NCBI GenBank assembly: GCA_913061125.1 | Contig: CAJXUB010000007.1 | Span: 37-64,036, forward strand | Origin: an uncultured Flavobacteriaceae bacterium | Lineage (GTDB): Bacteria > Bacteroidota > Bacteroidia > Flavobacteriales > Flavobacteriaceae | Direction: 5' to 3' | DNA: 64,000 bases | Position numbers and translations under genes: made by a program | The notes under the pieces: generated by a model | The model's database searches: none | Seen by the model: only the letters and a program-made list of their open reading frames with translations | What the model was told of the DNA's origin: nothing | Shown here: one piece after another, positions 31,080-39,659 of the stretch | Layout of the letters: every line of letters begins with the position of its first letter | How positions within the stretch are numbered: the stretch's first letter is position 1

Positions 31080-31092
31080 CAAAAAATAACGC
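31080..31092. repeat. 13-bp direct repeat copy 2, CAAAAAATAACGC
   Basis: Exact match to 30982-30994. It lies 14 nt upstream of the AraC-family gene start. Confidence 0.9.
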
Positions 31093-31105
31093 AATTTTAT
31101 TTAAA

Positions 31106-32026
31106 ATGAATCTAAATAAAGAAATTTCTAACCCGTTGGGCAATGATTCAAAAAGTATCGCTGTAGGGACCTTTGACGAAACAGCCATTGAAGCGGGGTT
31201 TAAAGTCATGACCTTTCAAAATGAATCTGAGGAACCAACCGTACTGGAAAAGGCCATTGACAGCTCGTTTATTCAGCTTCATTTTTGCTTGAAAGGAAGT
31301 ACCCAATTTTGTTTTAACAACAACACTTACACCCTCAATATTCCCGAAGAAAATTCCCTTTTGTTATATAACCCTCAACGCGATTTGCCAATCCATCTTA
31401 TTACCAACCCCAAAACCTGGGTGGTTTCAGTGTTAATCTCCATCAAAAAGTTTCATGGGTTATTCTCGCACGAGGCCAATTATATTTCATTTTTAAAGGA
31501 AAACAATAAACAAAAAAAATATTACAAGGATGGCTACATATCGCCGTCGATGGCTGTGGTCCTAAACCAAGTTATCAATTACAACCTAAATTCAAATCTT
31601 CGGGAATTGTATTATAAAGCCAAAGTGTATGAGTTGTTAAGTTTGTATTTTAACAGGGGCGAAGACGTGAATGTGGAACAATGTCCTTTTTTGGCAGACG
31701 AATCTAATGTTCTTAAAATAAAACGTGCAAAGGACATCATTATCAATCGAATCTCTGAACCCCCATCGCTTGCCGATTTGGCCCATGAAATTGATTTGAG
31801 TTTAAAGAAATTAAAAGAGGGGTTCAAGCAAATTTATGGTACAACCGTGTATGGTTTCTTATTTGATTACAAAATGGAATTGGCCCGAAAATTATTGGAA
31901 ACTGGAACCCACAACGTGAACGAGGTGGGGCTTAAAGTTGGTTACAGCACTGCCAGTCATTTTATTGCAGCATTTAAAAAACACTACGGTACAACACCAA
32001 AAAAATACATACAATCGATTAACTAA
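31106..32026 (+). CDS. AraC family transcriptional regulator
   Basis: C-terminal double HTH (PSLADLAHEIDLSLKKLKEGFKQIYG ... VNEVGLKVGYSTASHFIAAFKKHYGTTP). The N-terminal ligand-domain-like region is not assigned. Confidence 0.88.
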   Translation: MNLNKEISNPLGNDSKSIAVGTFDETAIEAGFKVMTFQNESEEPTVLEKAIDSSFIQLHFCLKGSTQFCFNNNTYTLNIPEENSLLLYNPQRDLPIHLITNPKTWVVSVLISIKKFHGLFSHEANYISFLKENNKQKKYYKDGYISPSMAVVLNQVINYNLNSNLRELYYKAKVYELLSLYFNRGEDVNVEQCPFLADESNVLKIKRAKDIIINRISEPPSLADLAHEIDLSLKKLKEGFKQIYGTTVYGFLFDYKMELARKLLETGTHNVNEVGLKVGYSTASHFIAAFKKHYGTTPKKYIQSIN

Positions 32027-32037
32027 TTGAACGAAAA

Positions 32038-33069
32038 ATGAAAGGTATTTTATTAGTGAATTTGGGATCACCAGATAGCCCCAATCCAAAGGATGTTAGA
32101 AAATATTTAGACGAATTTTTAATGGACGAACGCGTGATTGATGTTCCAAAATGGGCTCGAACATTACTTGTTCGAGGGATCATTTTGAATACGCGCCCCA
32201 AGGCTTCGGCCAAGGCCTATCAAAAAATTTGGTGGGACGAGGGCTCCCCTTTGATTGTGCTTTCCGAGCGGCTCAAAGACAAGGTCCAACATCAAGTTGA
32301 TGCGCCAGTAGAACTGGCCATGCGCTACGGAAGCATGTCCATTAAAAAAGGCCTTCAGCGCCTATCAGATCAAGGGGTAACAGACGTTTTATTGATCCCT
32401 TTGTACCCCCAATTTGCCATGGCCACCACAGAAACCATATTGGTACTAGCACAAGACTTACAACAAGAATTTTTCCCAAAAATGACTTTGGAGCATTTAC
32501 CGCCATTTTATAACAATCCTGATTACATCAGAGTGCTATCGGAATCTATCAAATCGCACTTAAAGGGTACACATTATCAGCATTTACTGTTTTCATATCA
32601 TGGGGTTCCAGAACGGCACATTCGTAAAAGTGACGTTACTAAATCTCATTGTAAAATGGACAAATCCTGTTGTAGTACGGCCTCCAAAGCCCATGCGTAT
32701 TGTTACAAACACCAATGCGTTGAGGTCACCAGATTGGTAGGGGAATATCTAAATTTAGAGCCCGACACGTATTCAACTGCTTTTCAGTCTCGTTTAGGAT
32801 TCGATCCATGGTTAAGGCCCTACACCGACCGCACCATTGAGCGATTGGGTAAAGAGGGCCTAACAAACATGGCCATTGTTACCCCAGCATTTGTGAGCGA
32901 CTGCTTGGAAACTTTGGAGGAAATTGCCATGGAAGGGGAAGAAATATTTCATGAAGCAGGGGGCAGCGATTTCACAACCATTCCTTGCTTAAATGACGAT
33001 CCCAACTGGGTTAATTTATTGGCCAGTTGGATCAAAACTTGGGCCGCTAAAGTACCAACCACCAATTAG
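32038..33069 (+). CDS. hemH: Ferrochelatase
   Basis: GILLVNLGSPDSP, YLDEFLMD, PLYPQFAMATT and FSYHGVPE motifs. Confidence 0.95.
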   Translation: MKGILLVNLGSPDSPNPKDVRKYLDEFLMDERVIDVPKWARTLLVRGIILNTRPKASAKAYQKIWWDEGSPLIVLSERLKDKVQHQVDAPVELAMRYGSMSIKKGLQRLSDQGVTDVLLIPLYPQFAMATTETILVLAQDLQQEFFPKMTLEHLPPFYNNPDYIRVLSESIKSHLKGTHYQHLLFSYHGVPERHIRKSDVTKSHCKMDKSCCSTASKAHAYCYKHQCVEVTRLVGEYLNLEPDTYSTAFQSRLGFDPWLRPYTDRTIERLGKEGLTNMAIVTPAFVSDCLETLEEIAMEGEEIFHEAGGSDFTTIPCLNDDPNWVNLLASWIKTWAAKVPTTN

Positions 33070-33276
33070 ATGGCTAAAGTTTCAGTCTCTGATTATTTTC
33101 AGGCCGCTGCCGAAGCCATTCTGGCCTTCCTTAAAATATTGCCCAGACAAGGATTTTTCTTTATTCCTTTGATTTTTATATTACCTTTATGGTACGGGGA
33201 ATTGGGCGTTTGGATCGCGTTTCCAATTCCAGATGTGTTATCGATCCATGCAACGGCCTATTGTTTACAAAGATAA
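33070..33276 (+). pseudogene. Possible relic of the C-terminal TM segments of a MATE family efflux transporter
   Basis: The 68-aa ORF contains LPRQGFFFIPLIFILPLWYGELGVWIAFPIPDVLS, which resembles the last TM hairpin of Bacteroidota MATE proteins (about 450 aa). No upstream MATE sequence remains. The recognition is from memory only. Confidence 0.35.
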
Positions 33277-33302
33277 ATGAGATTAAATCTAAAAGACTCC
33301 TA

Positions 33303-33836
33303 ATGGAATACAACTATATTAAATCCTTGCACTTGATTTTTGTAATTACTTGGTTTGCAGGGCTTTTTTACATCCCCAGATTGTTCATCTATCACATCGA
33401 AGCCCATCAAAAATCTTCTCCTGAAAAGGAGGTTTTATCCCAACAACTCAAACTGATGGCCAAACGCTTGTGGTATATCATCACTTGGCCCTCTGCGATT
33501 TTGGCAACGGTATTTGCTTTGTGGTTGCTACACCTAGCACCCTATTGGATAGAACAACCGTGGATGCATGCCAAATTGGCTTTTGTGGTCCTACTCATTG
33601 CATATCAATTAAAAACGCACCTAATGTTTAAAGCCCTCCAAAACGACAACATAAAATACTCTTCAAATTTTATGCGCTTGTGGAATGAAGGTGCCACTCT
33701 ACTCTTATTTGCGATTGTGTTTTTAGTGATTTTAAAAAACACTCTAAATATGGTTTATGGCATAATTGGACTTATTGGATTAGCCGTGATTTTGATGCTT
33801 GGCATTCGATTATACAAAACGACACGCCAGAGCTAA
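33303..33836 (+). CDS. hemJ: Protoporphyrinogen IX oxidase HemJ (CopD-like, UPF0093)
   Basis: The start is moved to MEYNYIKSLHLIFVITWFAGLFYIPRLFIYH, which is the HemJ signature. About 177 aa with 4-5 TM segments. Confidence 0.85.
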   Translation: MEYNYIKSLHLIFVITWFAGLFYIPRLFIYHIEAHQKSSPEKEVLSQQLKLMAKRLWYIITWPSAILATVFALWLLHLAPYWIEQPWMHAKLAFVVLLIAYQLKTHLMFKALQNDNIKYSSNFMRLWNEGATLLLFAIVFLVILKNTLNMVYGIIGLIGLAVILMLGIRLYKTTRQS

Positions 33837-33884
33837 AGCAGCGAATGCCTCATTTTTGTTATATTTATAAAAAAGAAAACTTGA

Positions 33885-35339
33885 ATGGCCAAGCGCAATT
33901 TGTCCTTAAGCTCCAGAATTTTTTTCTACATGATTCTTCTTGTAGTTTTGGCTTCAATTCTGATAGCCGCAGTAACGATCTATCAATACAACGAACAATC
34001 TCAAGATTATCATCAAAAACGCTTGGAGCGGAAAGAAGCTCAACTTGTTTCCAGTATCAATTATGTTCTTAAGGCCTCTACTTGGGAAGTCAAGCCCAAT
34101 AATCTACCGTTTATTTTTAAAGATAAAATTTATGAGATAGCCAACATTCATAATGTTACATTTAACCTGTATGATTTGGACGGTCAGCTTATTAAAACCT
34201 CCAAACCCCGATTGGAAAATGATCCAAATATCCAGAAGCTGTTGCCTTATATTTTAGACACTCTTAATCAAATATCATCAAAGCGATTTGTAGAAAAAAA
34301 CCAACTTTTGGATGGAAATTACAGAGCGTCATATCTCGTTCTCAATGATCAATCATCCAAACCTTTGGCCATCTTAAATGTTCCATATTATGACGATAAT
34401 TCTTTAAACTCTGCCGAATTGAAAGAATTTCTTGGGCGTTTGGGATATGCGTACATCATTATGATTTTTGTGGCCATTATTTTTGCGTATTTTATGTCCA
34501 AATTCATCACCAAATCCTTGAAAGCAATCAGTGATAAAATGCACCAAACACGCTTCGAAAAACAGAACAAAAAAATCGCCCTTGAAGGGGTCACTTCTGA
34601 AATTAAATCTCTCGTAGAATCATACAATGCAATGATTGACGATTTGGAAGATAGTGCAAAAAAACTAGCATCTAGCGAACGAGAACAAGCTTGGCGCGAA
34701 ATGGCCAAACAAGTGGCTCATGAAATCAAAAACCCTTTAACTCCCATGCGATTAACGGTTCAAAGTTTCCAACGAAAGTTTGATCAAAACGATAAAAATA
34801 TCCGTAAAAAGTTGGATGAATACAGTAAAACATTGATTCAACAAATCGACACCTTAAGTAAAATCGCGGAAGCATTTTCTAATTTTGCTAAAATGCCAAC
34901 TCAAAATCTCGAGACTCTTAATATCGTTCAGGTTGTCGAACGGGCTTTGGAGATATTTCCAGCAGACCATGTTCGATTTAAGTCTTCGGAAACTCACATT
35001 TTAGCTACTGCCGATAAAGATCAATTGAATCGGGTGGTTACCAACCTGGTCAAAAATGCGATTCAGTCCATTCCGGAACAAAGAACCCCAAAAATTGAAG
35101 TTGTTTTGGAAGATGATTTCCACAGCGTTTTCATTCAAGTTAAAGATAACGGGATAGGAATTGAAGACTCTATTGGAGAACAAATATTTCAACCTAAATT
35201 TACCACCAAAACTAGTGGTATGGGACTTGGGCTTCCTATGGTAAAAAATATAATTGAAACCTACCGCGGGACAATTTCTTTCAAGACCAACTTAGGCAAA
35301 GGCACAACCTTTAGCGTAACGTTTCCAAAACAACAGTGA
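33885..35339 (+). CDS. Sensor histidine kinase (two TM segments, HAMP-like linker, HisKA, HATPase_c)
   Basis: H-box AHEIKNPLTPM, N-box VTNLVKNAIQS and G-boxes DNGIGI and GMGLGL. No response regulator is adjacent. Confidence 0.88.
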   Translation: MAKRNLSLSSRIFFYMILLVVLASILIAAVTIYQYNEQSQDYHQKRLERKEAQLVSSINYVLKASTWEVKPNNLPFIFKDKIYEIANIHNVTFNLYDLDGQLIKTSKPRLENDPNIQKLLPYILDTLNQISSKRFVEKNQLLDGNYRASYLVLNDQSSKPLAILNVPYYDDNSLNSAELKEFLGRLGYAYIIMIFVAIIFAYFMSKFITKSLKAISDKMHQTRFEKQNKKIALEGVTSEIKSLVESYNAMIDDLEDSAKKLASSEREQAWREMAKQVAHEIKNPLTPMRLTVQSFQRKFDQNDKNIRKKLDEYSKTLIQQIDTLSKIAEAFSNFAKMPTQNLETLNIVQVVERALEIFPADHVRFKSSETHILATADKDQLNRVVTNLVKNAIQSIPEQRTPKIEVVLEDDFHSVFIQVKDNGIGIEDSIGEQIFQPKFTTKTSGMGLGLPMVKNIIETYRGTISFKTNLGKGTTFSVTFPKQQ

Positions 35340-36124
35340 CTATGACATATCATACCATTTTAACCCAAAAAAATGATGGTGTTTTGACCATCACTATTGA
35401 GCGACCAAAAAAATTAAACGCTTTGAACAAAGCCACAATTTCTGAGCTTCACAGCGCTTTTACAGAGGCAAAATCGGATGCTACCATTCGAGCTATTATC
35501 CTAACAGGTAGTGGCGACAAAGCTTTTGTGGCTGGTGCAGACATTAGTGAATTTGCCAATTTTACGGAGCAACAAGCCGCCGAATTGTCTCGTGAGGGCC
35601 AACAATCGTTATTTAATTTTGTAGAACAATTAGAGATTCCGGTCATTGCAGCCATTAATGGTTTTGCGTTGGGCGGGGGTTTGGAATTGGCCATGGCAGC
35701 TCATTTTCGAGTGGCAAGCGATCATGCAAAAATGGGCCTTCCGGAGGTTAGTCTTGGCGTTATTCCAGGCTATGGCGGTACACAGCGCCTAACTCAATTG
35801 GTAGGCAAAGGGCGTGCGTTGGAATTAATTACAACCGCTCAAATGATTGATGCATCAAAAGCCGAGACATGGGGGTTGGTTAACGCTGTAACTGCAGCAG
35901 ATGAGTTGTTGGACTATTGTTACCGCTTGGCCGAGCACATCAAACGCAACGGGCCTTTGGCCATAGCTGGAGCCATTCGTGCAGTAAATGCCCATTATCA
36001 AACGGGTATTAACGGCTATGACGTAGAAATCTTAGAATTTGCCAAATGTTTTGGGACGAATGATTTTAAGGAAGGTACATCGGCCTTTCTGGACAAACGT
36101 AAGGCCAATTTCAAGGGAGAATGA
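35336..36124 (+). CDS. Enoyl-CoA hydratase/isomerase family protein
   Basis: Crotonase motifs KAFVAGADI and AAINGFALGGGLELAMA. 4-nt overlap with the kinase gene. Confidence 0.9.
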   Translation: MTMTYHTILTQKNDGVLTITIERPKKLNALNKATISELHSAFTEAKSDATIRAIILTGSGDKAFVAGADISEFANFTEQQAAELSREGQQSLFNFVEQLEIPVIAAINGFALGGGLELAMAAHFRVASDHAKMGLPEVSLGVIPGYGGTQRLTQLVGKGRALELITTAQMIDASKAETWGLVNAVTAADELLDYCYRLAEHIKRNGPLAIAGAIRAVNAHYQTGINGYDVEILEFAKCFGTNDFKEGTSAFLDKRKANFKGE

Positions 36125-36134
36125 GGCAAAAAAA

Positions 36135-36170
36135 TAACCCCAAATTTATAATTTGGAGTTATTTTATTTT
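36135..36170. terminator. Bidirectional terminator between the enoyl-CoA hydratase gene and atpC
   Basis: Stem TAACCCCAAAT / ATTTGGAGTTA (11 bp, one mismatch) with a 5-nt loop. An A run lies upstream and a T run downstream. Confidence 0.65.
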
Positions 36171-36184
36171 GGACAAAAAAGGAA

Positions 36185-36460
36185 CTAATCTGCCAATACA
36201 ATAATCTTATTAGCATTCATTTCAATAGTTCCAGAGTTGATAGCCAACCAGTATCCTCTATCTTTTTTTTCGAATTTTGAAATATTTTCTTCATCGATTT
36301 CGATAGAACCACTGATTTTTACGTAACCCTCTTTCAATATTGAAACAACAGGGGCGTGGTTATTAAGCATTTCAAATTCACCAGTGACGCCAGGGACAGA
36401 AACGCTGTCCACGTCGCCTTTAAATAGTGTAGTTTCGGGAGAAACGATTTCTAAGTACAT
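36185..36460 (-). CDS. atpC: F0F1 ATP synthase subunit epsilon
   Basis: MYLEIVSPETTLFKGDVDSVSVPG, 91 aa, immediately downstream of atpD. Confidence 0.9.
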   Translation of the reverse strand: MYLEIVSPETTLFKGDVDSVSVPGVTGEFEMLNNHAPVVSILKEGYVKISGSIEIDEENISKFEKKDRGYWLAINSGTIEMNANKIIVLAD

Positions 36461-36474
36461 CCTAAAAATTAAAA

Positions 36475-38096
<1,622 letters not shown>

Positions 38097-38116
38097 TTAA
38101 ATAATTTCAATTTTAA

Positions 38117-39646
38117 TTATTGTAGCATAGGAGAGTAGTTGGTGGGATAATCTCCGATATCTACTAGATTTCCAGAAGCTTCGAAATTTGACCCGAAAGT
38201 TTCGTCAATGGCTTTTAAGAACTCATTAGCGATTAAAGCATACCCTCTTGATGTAGGATGTACGCCGTCAAGACTTATCATCCCTCCAAAGACCAAACTA
38301 GCATTTGGGTTAAAGCTATTATATGTGATGTCTCCACTAAAGATTTGTTGGAACATATCGTTAGCGTCAAAGTGAGCATATCCTAATTGAGTGGCTATTG
38401 TTGAAATTTTATCATTAATAGAATCAGTTGCACCAGTTATTTCACTAATTTCCGAAGCAACTATAGTTGGTGCGCCGGTGATTATTTGTGTTATGTCCTC
38501 ACCAGTCAAAACCCAATTATCAGCTAGAGGCACGCCAACTCCGTTAACACTAGCAGGATTATTAGGATCCGCTAAGGTTCCAATAAATGATGATGCCAAT
38601 AAAACAACTAAATCATTTTCAGTTGCTTGTCTGTAATTAGGTAATCCATAAGCAGATAAATCAGTAAGAGTTTCGTCTTCTATAACCACGGCGTTTGGAC
38701 CTTCAGCAAAAGTAATGGTTCTCATGGCAGCTTCTTCAGCAGTGATTGCACCCAATCCTGCAATTGTAGCGATACCACCATTGTATGCTGCATAACCCCC
38801 ATTAACCGCAGCCGCAGTTGCTGCATCAAGTGGTACAGGGTTGTGTGGTACAGTCGTGAAAAATGGAATATCTGTTACATATGGGATATTAGCCATAACA
38901 CCTTGTGCACCAGTTGCAGAGAGTGCAGCTGCAATACCATCCATGGAGGCGTTAAAAGTTGCGGTCGGGGTTAAAGCCCCATTAGAACCACCTGAAGTGG
39001 CATAGCTTAAAACGTCATTAGCTCCAATCCATAGACTTATGAATGTAGGCGACTGGGCTACAGCCAATTCTATCATTGTTGCATCTGGAGTAGAGCCAGT
39101 CAATCGACAGGCGTAAGGATTGGCCAACCCTAAAGGCAGGTTTGCCAAATTTCCGTAACCTGGCGCAAGCATGTGAAAACTTCTGGCACCAGGCACTCCT
39201 AGATTGTTAAAGGGTCCGGCGGGACTGTTTAATAAATCATTTCCAACGGTGATTGGTCCAATCACACTTTCAAGACCTGCAGGACCAGATCCGTTAAAAA
39301 CCAGTCTTGGTCCATAAATTCTGTTACCAGCAAAACTGAGTCCACCATAGTTATCTTCGGTCATGGCTTGTTTAAACTCACCACCACCGGCCATAGCAAA
39401 TTGTCCAGCCAAGATATTAGGATATGAATTTTCTTGAGTGGCAATAAATACGCCATTGTCAGTCACACCAATTGTTAGTGAATTTCCAAGAGCGACATAG
39501 TTTGAAAAATCTGCCGTACCAGCAGTTAAAGCTGGAAGTGCTTCAGGCGTGGGTACGCCATTGTCCTCAAGCACGTCTTCTACTTCGTTACAGGAATAAA
39601 GTCCTAGAAGTAAAAACGAGAAAAATAAATATTTTAAGTTTTTCAT
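38117..39646 (-). CDS. SGNH/GDSL-type hydrolase lipoprotein
   Basis: The start is moved to MKNLKYLFFSFLLLGLYSCNE (lipobox). Block I reads ALGNSLT, and a C-terminal DGVHPT (DxxH) is present. The longer track ORF would overlap the receptor gene. Confidence 0.75.
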   Translation of the reverse strand: MKNLKYLFFSFLLLGLYSCNEVEDVLEDNGVPTPEALPALTAGTADFSNYVALGNSLTIGVTDNGVFIATQENSYPNILAGQFAMAGGGEFKQAMTEDNYGGLSFAGNRIYGPRLVFNGSGPAGLESVIGPITVGNDLLNSPAGPFNNLGVPGARSFHMLAPGYGNLANLPLGLANPYACRLTGSTPDATMIELAVAQSPTFISLWIGANDVLSYATSGGSNGALTPTATFNASMDGIAAALSATGAQGVMANIPYVTDIPFFTTVPHNPVPLDAATAAAVNGGYAAYNGGIATIAGLGAITAEEAAMRTITFAEGPNAVVIEDETLTDLSAYGLPNYRQATENDLVVLLASSFIGTLADPNNPASVNGVGVPLADNWVLTGEDITQIITGAPTIVASEISEITGATDSINDKISTIATQLGYAHFDANDMFQQIFSGDITYNSFNPNASLVFGGMISLDGVHPTSRGYALIANEFLKAIDETFGSNFEASGNLVDIGDYPTNYSPMLQ

Positions 39647-39659
39647 TGTGTTAATTTTT

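Noticed and set aside
33845-34072. 75-aa ORF overlapping the start of the sensor kinase gene in another frame.
   Set aside because: It overlaps the kinase signal-anchor region. The kinase frame gives a sensible basic-then-hydrophobic N-terminus, while this frame gives a low-complexity S-rich peptide.
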